Source of the DNA: an uncultured virus (IMG/VR IMGVR_UViG_3300044984_001006)
Taxonomy: Duplodnaviria; Heunggongvirae; Uroviricota; Caudoviricetes; Crassvirales
Direction: 5' to 3' (one strand)
IMG/VR virus record: IMGVR_UViG_3300044984_001006
DNA length: 64,000 nucleotides
Shown here: positions 27,526 to 39,230 of the stretch, one piece after another
How positions within the stretch are numbered: position 1 is the stretch's first letter
Layout: every line of letters begins with the position of its first letter
The notes under the pieces: generated by a model
What the model saw: the letters and a program-made list of their open reading frames with translations, nothing else
Databases searched by the model: none
Told to the model about the DNA's origin: nothing
Program-made: the position numbers and the translations under genes

Positions 27526-29010
27526 ATGGCAACAGTAAATGTTACCCCGAACTTCGGTTCGATTAAGCCGTCACAAAAGCAACAAGCTTTAGACACAAAC
27601 TATTTAAACTTTACGGATCCAAGTAACGCGGATTTCGTATCATTTGCACAACAATATTTACCAGAAGTTTATGAAGCTGAGGTAGAGCGTTATGGAAACA
27701 GAACATTATCTGGTTTCTTACGTATGGTTGGTGCTGAAATGCCAATGTCTTCTGACCAAGTTATCTGGTCTGAACAAAACAGATTACACGTTGCATACAC
27801 AGGTGTAGACGTTGTAAGTGCTGCAGGTAATACTTTATTGATTGCAAGTAATTTGAATCCTTCTGTTGCTACTGATTATGTAGCTAACGTTATTTCAAAA
27901 AACCAAACAATCGTTATTATGAACCCTGCAACAGGATTAGAAGTTAAAGCTATCGTTACTGTTTCTGGAGCGAATGATACTTCTTCTAACGCTGCGAATG
28001 GTGCATTAACTGTTGCTCCTTATACTGCTGCTACTTTAGCTGCTGCTGGATTTACAGATGGAATGGACGATTTAAAAATCTTCGTTTATGGTTCTGAATA
28101 CAAAAAAGGATCTACTTTAACAGGTGATGATTACACTAGCATTCAACCTTCATTCACTCAATTTAATAACTCTCCAGTAATTATCCGTAACAAATATGCT
28201 GTTAATGGATCTGACACTGCACAAATCGGATGGGTAGAAATTGCTACTGAAGATGGTGCTGATGGTTACTACTGGTACTTAAAAGCTGAATCTGAAACAA
28301 GATTACGTTTTGAAGACTATTTAGAAATGACAGTTGTAGAGGGTGAATTAGCTGCTGCAGGATCTGCTGCATTAGCTGCTGGTAAAAAAGGTACACAAGG
28401 TTTATTTGCTGCTGTTGAAGACAGAGGAAATATCTTAAATAACTTTAGTCCAGTTGGTGGTTTAGGTTCTTTCGATAATATTTTGAAAAACTTAGATACT
28501 CAAGGAGCAATTGAAGAAAACATGTTATTCTTAAACCGTCAATTATCTTTAGATTTTGATGATATGTTAGCTGGCTTATCTGCTGGTTCAGCGGGTGGGG
28601 TTGCTTACGGTTTATTCGAAAACTCATCTGAGATGGCATTAAACTTAGGTTTCTCTGGATTCAGAAGAGGTTCTTATGACTTCTACAAAACTGACTGGAA
28701 ATACTTAAACGATGCTTCTACTCGTGGAGCGATGACAGGTGTTGGTAGTTCAATCGAAGGTGTATTAATTCCTGCTGGAACTTCTACAGTTTACGATCAA
28801 ATTTTAGGAACTAACATCCGTAGACCATTCTTACACGTTCGTTATAGAGCTGCACAAGCTGACGACAGAAGAATGAAATCTTGGATCACTGGATCTGTTG
28901 GAGGCGCTTACACATCTGACTTAGATGCAATGGAGGTACACTTCTTATCTGAAAGATGTTTATGTGTGCAAGGTGCTAATAACTTCGTGTTATTCACTGC
29001 TTCAGCATAA
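27526..29010 (+). CDS. Major capsid protein
   Basis: 494 aa after the scaffold; strongly biased codon usage; followed by a terminator hairpin. Confidence 0.85.
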   Translation: MATVNVTPNFGSIKPSQKQQALDTNYLNFTDPSNADFVSFAQQYLPEVYEAEVERYGNRTLSGFLRMVGAEMPMSSDQVIWSEQNRLHVAYTGVDVVSAAGNTLLIASNLNPSVATDYVANVISKNQTIVIMNPATGLEVKAIVTVSGANDTSSNAANGALTVAPYTAATLAAAGFTDGMDDLKIFVYGSEYKKGSTLTGDDYTSIQPSFTQFNNSPVIIRNKYAVNGSDTAQIGWVEIATEDGADGYYWYLKAESETRLRFEDYLEMTVVEGELAAAGSAALAAGKKGTQGLFAAVEDRGNILNNFSPVGGLGSFDNILKNLDTQGAIEENMLFLNRQLSLDFDDMLAGLSAGSAGGVAYGLFENSSEMALNLGFSGFRRGSYDFYKTDWKYLNDASTRGAMTGVGSSIEGVLIPAGTSTVYDQILGTNIRRPFLHVRYRAAQADDRRMKSWITGSVGGAYTSDLDAMEVHFLSERCLCVQGANNFVLFTASA

Positions 29011-29029
29011 GCATAAATAATTGTAAACT

Positions 29030-29061
29030 TTACCCTCGTTGAATCTACGGGGGTAATTTTT
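29030..29061 (+). terminator. Intrinsic terminator after MCP
   Basis: TTACCCTCGT-TGAATCT-ACGGGGGTAA followed by a T run. Confidence 0.75.
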
Positions 29062-29102
29062 ACTCTTTTAATAAACAATAATTAATTATATAATATTTTA
29101 TC

Positions 29103-29990
29103 ATGGCACAAGCTAAAACTGCTAACAAAGCAAAAACTATTCAACCAAGTACATACGTTGAACCAGAAAATACATTTGAACAATTTGAACAAAGTGTTGA
29201 AGAAACCTATATTGAAGAACCAGTTGCTAAAACAAAACCGCAACCTTCGGCTCCTAAATGGGAAATTAAAGATAGAACATATATTTTAGCGGGACCACAC
29301 TCTCCTTTAACATATACTATTTCTTCAAGACATACAAGTAGATTTCCTTTATTATGGTTTGACAAAGATAATGGTGATCAAAAAGAATTAAGATATGCTA
29401 CGAACCAAAACTCTGTTTTTGTAGAAGATCAAAAAGGAGAATCAACCTTGGGACATATCATATTTAAAAACGGTACTTTATTTGTACCAAAAGAAAAACA
29501 AAACTTACAAAAATTATTATCATTATATCACCCAGACTTAAATAAGAAATACAGAGAGTTTGATCCTGTTATTACTGCTGGAGATGATTTAGATGATATG
29601 GATATACAATTAGACGCGATGAATGCAGCAAGAGAAATGGATATTGATCAAGCTGAAGCAATATTAAGAGTTGAGATTGGATCTAAAGTTTCTAAAATGA
29701 CTTCTAAAGAAATTAAAAGAGACTTAATGTTATTTGCTAGAAGTAATCCATATTTATTTATTGATTTAGCAAATGATGAAAACGTACAGCTTAGAAATGT
29801 GGCTATTAGAGCTGTTGAAGCTGGTATCGTAACTTTATCACAAGATCAACGTACATTCTTATGGACATCGAACAATAGAAAATTAATGACTGTACCATTT
29901 GATGAAAACCCATACTCAGCTATGGCGGCATTCTTCAAGACAGATGAAGGTATAGAAGTTTATAGGTCTATAGAGAAAAAAATAGATTAA
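29103..29990 (+). CDS. Conserved protein downstream of MCP (putative structural/assembly)
   Basis: ORF track, 295 aa; position. Confidence 0.65.
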   Translation: MAQAKTANKAKTIQPSTYVEPENTFEQFEQSVEETYIEEPVAKTKPQPSAPKWEIKDRTYILAGPHSPLTYTISSRHTSRFPLLWFDKDNGDQKELRYATNQNSVFVEDQKGESTLGHIIFKNGTLFVPKEKQNLQKLLSLYHPDLNKKYREFDPVITAGDDLDDMDIQLDAMNAAREMDIDQAEAILRVEIGSKVSKMTSKEIKRDLMLFARSNPYLFIDLANDENVQLRNVAIRAVEAGIVTLSQDQRTFLWTSNNRKLMTVPFDENPYSAMAAFFKTDEGIEVYRSIEKKID

Positions 29991-30003
29991 CACGTAATAT
30001 TAA

Positions 30004-30040
30004 TATATAGAGCGGTGGCTTAACGGTTACCGCTTATATA
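30004..30040 (+). terminator. Hairpin (terminator or processing site)
   Basis: AGCGGTGGCT-TAAC-GGTTACCGCT flanked by ATATAT. Confidence 0.45.
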
Positions 30041-30059
30041 TTATAATAAAATAAGCAAA

Positions 30060-30983
30060 ATGGCAATAAACGTAGATACAGTTTACAAAACCGTTTTATT
30101 AATACTTAACAAGGAGCAACGTGGTTACATGACTCCTGATGAGTTTAATAAAATAGCAACTCAAGTTCAACTTGAAATATTCGAGGATTATTTTAATAAT
30201 CTTAATCAACAATTAAGAGTACCGGATAATGATAGTGAATATGCTGATAGGATTAAAAATTTAGATGAGCAATTAGCTGTGTTTAAAACTATAGGTAATT
30301 GTAGTTATATAGGCAATAGCGAATGGAATTTACCAACTTCATCTGGTTCTACTATATATACTGAACCTGTTTTCCAAACGGTTAACGGGCAATCTAATTA
30401 TACATTGACATTATTAACACAAGCACAAATACAAAATGGCTTAACAAAAGTTTATTTTAATGGTATTATTCAAAATCCATCACAATATTCTATAGCAAGC
30501 AATACCATAACGTTAACGAGTATACCAACAACTGCATTTAGTGTTCTTGTCACGGTTACTGCTAATGACTTTTACAGATTAGGTACTGTAATATATGATG
30601 ATACAATTGAGATGCAGAGAGTGCAAAGAAATAATTTATTATATATAAATAAATCACCTTTAACAAAACCGACAAAAAAATACCCACTATATATATACGA
30701 AGAAGAAAAACTATACGTATATCCAAATACAATAACAACAGGGGTTACTGCTTCATTTGTACGTAAACCAAAAGATGTTATATGGAACTTTACAGCAACT
30801 GCTCCCTATTATACATATTCGTATAGTCCTAATACTTCACAACAATTTGAATTAATGGTTTCTGAACAAACAAATGTTATAACAAAGATATTGTTATATT
30901 CAGGTGTTGTTATTAAAGATCCACAAATAATTCAAGTTGCAGCACAACAAATTCAAAACGAAAACATAAATTCAAAATCATAA
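30060..30983 (+). CDS. Head-tail adaptor / tail ring protein
   Basis: Position; V..VY..VL..LNKEQRGY.TP.EFN N-terminus. Confidence 0.6.
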   Translation: MAINVDTVYKTVLLILNKEQRGYMTPDEFNKIATQVQLEIFEDYFNNLNQQLRVPDNDSEYADRIKNLDEQLAVFKTIGNCSYIGNSEWNLPTSSGSTIYTEPVFQTVNGQSNYTLTLLTQAQIQNGLTKVYFNGIIQNPSQYSIASNTITLTSIPTTAFSVLVTVTANDFYRLGTVIYDDTIEMQRVQRNNLLYINKSPLTKPTKKYPLYIYEEEKLYVYPNTITTGVTASFVRKPKDVIWNFTATAPYYTYSYSPNTSQQFELMVSEQTNVITKILLYSGVVIKDPQIIQVAAQQIQNENINSKS

Positions 30984-30989
30984 TAGAGT

Positions 30990-32213
30990 ATGGCATTTCC
31001 AGACGGTGGTTTAATTACCGAAACAAATAGACAATATTATGCTGGAGCGCAAGGTTTCCAAGTAGAAGATTTAGGTGGACAAACGGAATTTACATTCACT
31101 TTTGACACTGAATTATTTTTAGGTAGCTGGGATCAAGATGATGCTGGTTATGCTTTAAATAATTTTAAATTATATACAAGTACAAACGGTATTGACTTTG
31201 TAGAATATTTATTAGAGTATAGTTTATTAAAAAACACAATAACATTTGATACAGCTGTTCCGTATGGTCATGTAGTAGTTGTTCAACTTAAATCAGTTGA
31301 AGGTGGTAATTACGGAGACTACGACGCTTATGGGGATGCCGTAGAGAACAATTACGGGGGTTATTCTTATATTACCTTAGATGATGTCATAAATAACTTT
31401 ATTGTTGCTTACGTGGGCTCTGGTAAGCTTATATCAGATGTTAAAAGAACTGATGTATTATTTCACGCAAAACGTGGACTGCAAGAATTTAGCTACGATG
31501 TACTAAAAAGTGTAAAATCACAAGAACTTACAATACCACCAAGCTTAAGTATCATATTACCACAAGACTATGTAAACTATGTTAAAATGTCATGGATAGA
31601 TAATCAAGGAATTAAACATCCAATTTATCCTACATCGTTAACAATAGATCCATCAGAAACACCGTTACAGGATAATATAGGTCAGCCAATACAAAGTAGT
31701 TATGATGATAACTTAGAGGGCTCGTCTATAATAGAAGAGAGATGGAAGAAAATGAACAATGGTAAATTACTGAATTACATTAATGGAGTTGGTAACAATG
31801 ACGGATTTGGTAACGGGTGGAACAATGGTTATGATTATGGTTACTACGGTAGACAATACGGTATGGACCCGCAATACGCAAATTACAACGGTACATTTAC
31901 AATAAATGACAAAGAAGGTAAAATATCATTCTCAAGTAATTTAGTTGGTATGTTAATTGTATTTGAATATATATCTGATGGTTTAGCTTATGAATTAGAC
32001 AGTAAAATACCTAAGATGGCAGAAGAAGCAATGTATGCACATATATTACATTCAATAATATCTACAAGATCAAATCAACCTGAGTATTTAGTACAACGTC
32101 TTAAAAGAGAACGAAGTGCTAAATTAAGAAATGCTAAGATTAGATTATCTAATATTAAATTAGAAGAGTTTACACAGGTTATGAGAGGAAAATCAAAATG
32201 GATTAAACACTAA
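30990..32213 (+). CDS. Tail ring/adaptor protein
   Basis: Position; LPQDYVNYVK motif. Confidence 0.6.
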   Translation: MAFPDGGLITETNRQYYAGAQGFQVEDLGGQTEFTFTFDTELFLGSWDQDDAGYALNNFKLYTSTNGIDFVEYLLEYSLLKNTITFDTAVPYGHVVVVQLKSVEGGNYGDYDAYGDAVENNYGGYSYITLDDVINNFIVAYVGSGKLISDVKRTDVLFHAKRGLQEFSYDVLKSVKSQELTIPPSLSIILPQDYVNYVKMSWIDNQGIKHPIYPTSLTIDPSETPLQDNIGQPIQSSYDDNLEGSSIIEERWKKMNNGKLLNYINGVGNNDGFGNGWNNGYDYGYYGRQYGMDPQYANYNGTFTINDKEGKISFSSNLVGMLIVFEYISDGLAYELDSKIPKMAEEAMYAHILHSIISTRSNQPEYLVQRLKRERSAKLRNAKIRLSNIKLEEFTQVMRGKSKWIKH

Positions 32214-32219
32214 AATTAA

Positions 32220-35200
32220 ATGGCAGAAGTAAAAAATAGTTTCCTAAAGTCTAAGATGAACCAAGACTTAGACGATAGACTTATCCCTAATGGGGAATAT
32301 AGATATGCAAATAATATTTCGGTTGGTAAATCTGAAACGGATGACATTGGAGCATTAAAGAATGTTTTAGGTAATAATTTACTTGCTTTAACTGATAATA
32401 ACGAGTTTTTACCAGGTACTAATACACCTAATCCTAATTATATACCAGGATTAGAGTGTATCGGCACGTTTATGGATAATCAAAATAACCGTATGTTTCA
32501 ATTTTTAACAAACTATAAGGACCCAAATCCAAATCTAATAACTTTTCCAGAAGATGCTCCTTTTCCAAGTGGCATAACAGAATGGAAAATGAAAATTACT
32601 GTATATGATTTTGATTCACCTGAAACATATATTACATTAGTAGAAGGTACATTCTTAAATTTTGCAAAAAATAAAGAATTTAAAATAACAGGAGTTAATT
32701 TAGTAGAGGGTTTATTATTCTGGACTGATAATAGAAATCAACCTAGAAAAATAAATGTTGCAAATGCTCTAACAAGCATAAATTATTACACAAATGAAAC
32801 GCAAATATCTGTAGCAAAATATGCTCCTATTGATCCAATACTATTATATAGAAAAGCAACAGCTATTGCAGATGCGGATTCAGTTGGTAATGTAATTGAA
32901 ATTGAAACAGAAAATATTTCTATAGTTCCTGGAATGACATTAATAACAGACGGAATATCTGGTTCAGATTTTTGTACTGTTGTTGATGTTACTGGTACAA
33001 CTATAACTTTTTATGAAAACCTTCCTATAACAGTGGCAAGTGGTGCTCAATTAACTTTTTTAATTTCGACCATGTCCGACAAATCATCTGTGCCTACATG
33101 GCCCGGTGATCCCGCATTTTTAGAAGATAAATATGTTCGTTTTAGTTATCGTTTTAAATATGATGACAACGAATATTCGTTAATGGCCCCATTTACACAA
33201 ATAGCATATATCCCTAAACAGAAAGGATATTTTATTGCGGGTAATGAAACGGATGCTTATAGAAGTACTGTGTTAAACTGGTTTGAAAATAATGTAAATA
33301 ACATTGAGCTAGTGGTTCCGTTTCCTGACAAAATAGGTAATCTTAATAATAGTTATAAGGTATCTGAGATTGATATTTTATACAAAGAATCAGATTCTAC
33401 GGCAGTAAAAGTTTTTGAAACATTGCCAATAAGTGCTATAAATACTACTTTAAATACTAATAATAATTATTATATACAACCATACCAGTCACAAAAGCCA
33501 TATAAAACATTACCAGAAGATCAAACAGTAAGAGTATATGATAAAGTGCCGGTAAGAGCAAAATCTCAAGAGTCAGCTGGTAATAGAATAATTTATGGAA
33601 ATTACTATGACAAATATACATCATTGTCTTCTATAAATTATTATATATCTGTGCAACCAAAATCAACAAACGGAACAAACTTTATAGAATATCCAAATCA
33701 TACATTAAAAAAGAATAGAAATTATCAAGTAGGTTTTGTAATATCTGATAAATTTGGTAGACAATCACCAGTTATTTTATCTTCAAGTGATTTGACTGGA
33801 CTTAACATAGGCGGTGGTGAATTCGCAAAAGGATCAACAATTTATTCAAGTTACGAAAATTCTATTTTATTTGAAAATGTACGCAACTGGTTTGGAGATG
33901 CTTTAATATTATATTTGAATAGCCCAATAGATCAAGAAAGAAATATACCTTCTGGTCAATCGGGTTTATATGCAATACCTACTTCAAATTCAGGGTTTGC
34001 AATTACCACTTCAACAATAACTGATACAACATATACTTTCACTTTAGATCCACCTGCACCTGGAGGAGCAGCAAATATTATACCTCTTCCAGGGGATATA
34101 ATGAGAGGGTTTTATACAGATTATGTAAAAGTAATTAGTGTGTCACCAACTCCAACAGCTCCTTATTCAGGTTCTTATACAATAACTACAAGTGGTAGAG
34201 TCAATGATATATACTTGCATGTTAATCAAGAAGGGGGTGTTAAAGATATTAAATTTTCTTATAAATACAATCCTATTGGATGGTACTCATATAAAATAGT
34301 TGTTAAACAACAGGAACAGGATTATTACAACGTATACCTTCCAGGAATGTTAAATGGCTATCCTAAAAACCAAACTTCCGGATCACAAGTTACATATACT
34401 GATCCTACTGCTGCTTTTTCTAATGCTACAAGCGCTACTTGGGCTGCTGGTAATTCTACTATTACAATATCAGGTAGCACTACTAATTATAAAGTAGGTG
34501 ATTTTGTTAGCGGTATTATATCCGGAGCAAATACAACTATAGCAACGATTATCAATGCAAATAGCTTTACAATATCAAATACCCCAACCACTTCTGGAAC
34601 TTTACAAGCTATAACTGTTTTTAGAGCCCCTGAAGGGCAAACTAGTGTTTTAAATAATGGTATAAACACTACACAATTTCCTGTTAGTGAAACGGGTAAT
34701 ACATCTCATATTGTATTAATTAATGATAATATTAATAAAGTACCAAGAGATTTATCGGAAGTTGGTCCTGACCAAAAACAATATAGAAGTAGCGTACAAT
34801 TATATGGTAGAGTAGAAAATACTAAGGCTACATTAGAAATAATAGGTGATGATCCTGATTATTCTGCTAAAGTAACAGTAATAAATTACACGGTCGGGCC
34901 TGGATTAAATGAAGACTGGGTATTGATAAAGCCAGGAGATGGAATTCAATGCGTTGAAGCGAATACTCCTGCGCCAAATACAGATCCATCCGCTACGGGA
35001 GGCACTATGCCTAATCCATATAGATGGTTAGGTAATACAGTTGTTGTTAATAATGTTGTTTCTGGAACTACAGGAACTATAACAATATCATCACCTAATT
35101 GGGTATTAGGTGGGTCCGGAGCACCTATACAATATACCCATTTTATAATAACGAGAGCAGAGAACGTACAATATTTTCCAACAAGAAAGGCAGATACGGT

Positions 35201-37640
35201 TATATCTATTGCATCGGCCGATGAATTTAATTTTTTAGATAGTTCTGAAGATAATTTAAGTGGAACTGCTGGATTAAATTTTTATCAACTACAAACTAAA
35301 CCTTTAATAGGTAGAGTTTCTACGGTTAATCAAATTGGAGTTGTTGCTTCTGATATGATACCTTTCTTAAGTGTATATGAAACAAGAGCTGAACAAAGTT
35401 TATTAGAATTGTTTTGGGAAACCGCTACAACCGGTTTAATATCTGATCTGAATGCAGATGTATTAACAGGGTTTAATGGTCCCGTAAGTTTTGGTAATGT
35501 TAATTATACCCATTTTGAATGGCAAGATCCAAATGGAAGTGGAGATGCAAAAGGAGTTGAAGATTCAAAATACATAACTGATGAATTCTATGTTTTAAAC
35601 CAAAACGGAATTATCCTACCAAATACGACAGTTACTATTGACACAATTTTTGACGGAAGTGGCGTTAGTAGATTAGGTGATTTTGGAATAGAAGCAACTA
35701 ATGATGGTACGAATGATTTATATAGATTGTTTATAACACCAACATCTACATTTGTATTTAATAACAATGCCGCTATAAAGGAATCATATACTTTTACATT
35801 TAATGTAGTTGATATTTCTATTCCAACCCAACCTATTTCATCAACATTAACTATAAACGGCAGATTAGGTAATAGTACCCCAATTATAACTACTTCAGTA
35901 ACAAATTATAATATAACACAAAACACAACAGACTTTGTAACTTTAGAAGCAAATAATGGTTCGTTTTTATTATCTGAGACTGGGTTAAAATGGAGTATAG
36001 ATAGTGGTAATCCTAGTTCTTATTTTCAAATAGGGGAATATACTGGTTTATTAGAATTAATAGATGATCAAATACCATTAGGTATATATAATTTGGTAAT
36101 AAAAGTACAAGACGCTGTTAATACGTCTACTGGTGCAATTTTACCTGTTGAAGGAACTAATTTTGGTACAAAATTTGCTACTATTGAGTTAATTATAAAC
36201 GTGGGTGATTCACCTGTACCTTATTGGTTAAGGCCTAATTATACAAGTCAACCTATACAATCAAATGGTATTTGCGGTACCTCATCTGCAAATGACGCTG
36301 GTATGGTTTACATAGGCAAAAAAGAAAATCTAACAAGCGCGTACTTGCCTACTATACCGGGCTTTAGTGGTACTTATGATATTATTGAAAATGTAGAAGT
36401 TGAGAATGCAGAGGATTATGGGTTTAATACAATTCAGGCAGAAGGATTATTTGAAGGTGAATATAGATTTTCAGTTAAATTAGATGTCTTCGCTCTTCCA
36501 ATATGTCCAGATGGGCCAGCGGGATTTGCTTCTGCTAAAGGTAGAGCTCAAATATATTTATATAAAAGAATATATAACGAAGCTACACCGGGAGTTTGGG
36601 CATTGGTAAATAATGAAAATAATTATGGTATTTCTCCTATTTATGAAATTGGGCCTTTAATAGTTTCCACTTTTGATGATCTAGGAACAATAACTTATGG
36701 CCAACCAAAATCATTAACTACCACTTTTACAATTCAAGCAGAAGAAGATGGAAACGACTACGAATATGCAGTTGGAGTTAGGTTAATAAGTGAATTTAAT
36801 AATGGTTATGGCATTGGACCGTATGTTACAATATATGGCAACGATGCTAACTACTCATATAACCAAGCATATCCATTTTCACCTCCAACAAACCCTCCTG
36901 TTACAAATGAATATGAATATTATACAGGTGTGGAAGAAATTGTTCCAGATCCAGTAGGTTATCCATCAGGCGTACCTTACACTACACCAGATGCAACTAG
37001 AGGAATTTATTATAGTTCACCAACAAATTCAATAGCTTTAGGTGATGTTGATAATGGAGATACATTAATTGTAGTCACATTAAGCACAATTAATCAACAA
37101 GCGGCACCAGGTCTTACTGCGAATATTACTGATCCAGGAGGATTTCCTTTACTTGGGTTTGGTGATGTGGTATATGTTAACCCGTTAAATACCGCTGAAA
37201 TAACAATACAGTTAGCCTATCCTTGGACTAGCGGCAATATGAGTTTGATTGGTAAAAACCTACAATTAATTACTGGAGGTAATAATTTAACAGGTAGATT
37301 ATATGCTAATACGGAAGAAGGAACAGAAATAAAAAGATTTTATACGGACTCTAATTTTACACAAAAATGGATTCCGCCGGTAGCAAATAGATATTATAAT
37401 TTTATAACATCAAAAAATTATAATCCAGACGGAGCGGAATTTGTAGGAGGAGCTCTTAAATATAGTGAATTCCCATATTATTGTGCATTTATTAATGGAG
37501 ACGGAGAAGTTGTAAGCCAATCGGCCCCCGCACCTAATGTACAAACGGCATGGATAGGACAAAATACTGCTAATACATTACCGTTGCCAATTGCAAACTA
37601 TAGTTATAATGTATTATATACAGAACCATCTGTTCCATAG
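32220..37640 (+). CDS. Large tail (stabilisation/nozzle-like) protein with beta-rich insertions
   Basis: 1806 aa; KMNQDLDDRL.P.GEY..A.N, LLFWTDNRNQPRKINV and GNR..YGNY motifs. Confidence 0.7.
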   Translation: MAEVKNSFLKSKMNQDLDDRLIPNGEYRYANNISVGKSETDDIGALKNVLGNNLLALTDNNEFLPGTNTPNPNYIPGLECIGTFMDNQNNRMFQFLTNYKDPNPNLITFPEDAPFPSGITEWKMKITVYDFDSPETYITLVEGTFLNFAKNKEFKITGVNLVEGLLFWTDNRNQPRKINVANALTSINYYTNETQISVAKYAPIDPILLYRKATAIADADSVGNVIEIETENISIVPGMTLITDGISGSDFCTVVDVTGTTITFYENLPITVASGAQLTFLISTMSDKSSVPTWPGDPAFLEDKYVRFSYRFKYDDNEYSLMAPFTQIAYIPKQKGYFIAGNETDAYRSTVLNWFENNVNNIELVVPFPDKIGNLNNSYKVSEIDILYKESDSTAVKVFETLPISAINTTLNTNNNYYIQPYQSQKPYKTLPEDQTVRVYDKVPVRAKSQESAGNRIIYGNYYDKYTSLSSINYYISVQPKSTNGTNFIEYPNHTLKKNRNYQVGFVISDKFGRQSPVILSSSDLTGLNIGGGEFAKGSTIYSSYENSILFENVRNWFGDALILYLNSPIDQERNIPSGQSGLYAIPTSNSGFAITTSTITDTTYTFTLDPPAPGGAANIIPLPGDIMRGFYTDYVKVISVSPTPTAPYSGSYTITTSGRVNDIYLHVNQEGGVKDIKFSYKYNPIGWYSYKIVVKQQEQDYYNVYLPGMLNGYPKNQTSGSQVTYTDPTAAFSNATSATWAAGNSTITISGSTTNYKVGDFVSGIISGANTTIATIINANSFTISNTPTTSGTLQAITVFRAPEGQTSVLNNGINTTQFPVSETGNTSHIVLINDNINKVPRDLSEVGPDQKQYRSSVQLYGRVENTKATLEIIGDDPDYSAKVTVINYTVGPGLNEDWVLIKPGDGIQCVEANTPAPNTDPSATGGTMPNPYRWLGNTVVVNNVVSGTTGTITISSPNWVLGGSGAPIQYTHFIITRAENVQYFPTRKADTVISIASADEFNFLDSSEDNLSGTAGLNFYQLQTKPLIGRVSTVNQIGVVASDMIPFLSVYETRAEQSLLELFWETATTGLISDLNADVLTGFNGPVSFGNVNYTHFEWQDPNGSGDAKGVEDSKYITDEFYVLNQNGIILPNTTVTIDTIFDGSGVSRLGDFGIEATNDGTNDLYRLFITPTSTFVFNNNAAIKESYTFTFNVVDISIPTQPISSTLTINGRLGNSTPIITTSVTNYNITQNTTDFVTLEANNGSFLLSETGLKWSIDSGNPSSYFQIGEYTGLLELIDDQIPLGIYNLVIKVQDAVNTSTGAILPVEGTNFGTKFATIELIINVGDSPVPYWLRPNYTSQPIQSNGICGTSSANDAGMVYIGKKENLTSAYLPTIPGFSGTYDIIENVEVENAEDYGFNTIQAEGLFEGEYRFSVKLDVFALPICPDGPAGFASAKGRAQIYLYKRIYNEATPGVWALVNNENNYGISPIYEIGPLIVSTFDDLGTITYGQPKSLTTTFTIQAEEDGNDYEYAVGVRLISEFNNGYGIGPYVTIYGNDANYSYNQAYPFSPPTNPPVTNEYEYYTGVEEIVPDPVGYPSGVPYTTPDATRGIYYSSPTNSIALGDVDNGDTLIVVTLSTINQQAAPGLTANITDPGGFPLLGFGDVVYVNPLNTAEITIQLAYPWTSGNMSLIGKNLQLITGGNNLTGRLYANTEEGTEIKRFYTDSNFTQKWIPPVANRYYNFITSKNYNPDGAEFVGGALKYSEFPYYCAFINGDGEVVSQSAPAPNVQTAWIGQNTANTLPLPIANYSYNVLYTEPSVP

Positions 37641-37693
37641 TATATAGTACTACAATTAAATTAAAAACCATAAAAAAAACGTGATTATAAAGT

Positions 37694-39220
37694 ATGGCAG
37701 CAATATTAGAATTAAAATACTTTAACTCCTTTTGGTTAAAGAAGTTAGACACCATAGTGGAAGTAGAAAATACAGGCGCAGAAGTAGAGAGTAATGTTTC
37801 TAATAATGCTACTATAAATATAACATCTTCCAATAATGAAATTAGGGTTGGACAAAATGTTAGTTGGGCTGGTGCACCTGCTCCAAATCCTTCCGTATAT
37901 AAAGTAATAAGTCCTACTCAATTTATATTAAGTGAACCTGTAACTGTAGCGGATGGTGTAGGTTTAACTTTTGGTCCATTAACTGATTTTACTTATATAC
38001 CAAATGCTTATGCAGATGGTCCAACTGATTGGTTTATTGAAGAAGCTAGAATACGAGGTGGATATAATAATACAAATGTCGATCTTGGAGTTAAAGCTTA
38101 TATTGTGGAAGATAATATTCTACAACAGCATAGACAAAATTCTTTGATATATTCTGGTGTATTCAATTCAAGAACGGGTGTTAATAAAACAAATGAGTTT
38201 TCAGTTGGAGAAGATATAACAAGAAGTTTAGATCCAGCAAATGGTTCTATTCAAAAATTATATTCAGAAGATACAAACTTAATTGTATTCCAAGAATTTA
38301 AAGTTAGTCAAGCATTAATTGATAAAGATGCTATTTATTCAGCGGAAGGACAACCAATGACAACATCTGGAGCTCAAGTAATTGGCCAGATTCAAGCTTA
38401 TGCTGGTAACTATGGTATTGGTACTAATCCTGAAAGTTTTGCTGTTTATGGCTTCCGTAAGTACTTTGTAGATAGAAACAGAAATGTTGTATTAAGATTG
38501 TCACAAGACGGTATATCCGAAATATCAGAATATGGAATGGGTGATTTCTTTAGAGATAATCTTTCTATAATCGGTAATGATGGATTTATATTAGGTATGT
38601 GGGATATGCACAATAAAGAATATGTTTTATCATTGCAGCCTGTATCTGGTACTTACAAGACATTAACATTTGATGAAGATGTATCAGGATGGACAAGTTT
38701 CTTTGATTTTAAACCAAACTGGGGTGGAAGTTTAAGAAATAACTTTTACACTTTTAAAAATGGTGAAATATGGAAACATTATTCTCCAGCTAATAGCGGA
38801 TGGGGTAGATTCTATGGTGTGAATTATGATTCAGCAGTTGAGGTTATATTTAATCCCGATGTATCTTTAGTTAAGACTTTTAAAACAATAAATTATGAAG
38901 GAAGTACTGGTTGGGAAACTTTATCATTTCACACTGACTCTGATGTTTCAGTTCCAGTATCTAAAGCAACTTATACAACGACTCTTGCTGGTTTAGAATT
39001 ACAGTTATTTACTAACTCGTTTAAAAGGAAAGAGAATAAATACTTTGCAAATCTTATTAATATTACACCGGCTTCAAACAGCGAGATCGTATGGGGAAGT
39101 TCAATGACAGGTGTTAAAGGAACAACGGCAACAGTTAGAATGAACTATTCTAATGCAACATTGCAAACAAGTGCCCAATTATTTGCGGTATCTTCGGATT
39201 ACATAGACTCATCTTACTAA
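37694..39220 (+). CDS. Tail protein (nozzle C-terminal-like)
   Basis: GSIQKL...DTNL.VFQE.KV, YGIGTNPESFA, LRLSQDGI and GWTSF motifs. Confidence 0.65.
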   Translation: MAAILELKYFNSFWLKKLDTIVEVENTGAEVESNVSNNATINITSSNNEIRVGQNVSWAGAPAPNPSVYKVISPTQFILSEPVTVADGVGLTFGPLTDFTYIPNAYADGPTDWFIEEARIRGGYNNTNVDLGVKAYIVEDNILQQHRQNSLIYSGVFNSRTGVNKTNEFSVGEDITRSLDPANGSIQKLYSEDTNLIVFQEFKVSQALIDKDAIYSAEGQPMTTSGAQVIGQIQAYAGNYGIGTNPESFAVYGFRKYFVDRNRNVVLRLSQDGISEISEYGMGDFFRDNLSIIGNDGFILGMWDMHNKEYVLSLQPVSGTYKTLTFDEDVSGWTSFFDFKPNWGGSLRNNFYTFKNGEIWKHYSPANSGWGRFYGVNYDSAVEVIFNPDVSLVKTFKTINYEGSTGWETLSFHTDSDVSVPVSKATYTTTLAGLELQLFTNSFKRKENKYFANLINITPASNSEIVWGSSMTGVKGTTATVRMNYSNATLQTSAQLFAVSSDYIDSSY

Positions 39221-39230
39221 AATTTAATCA

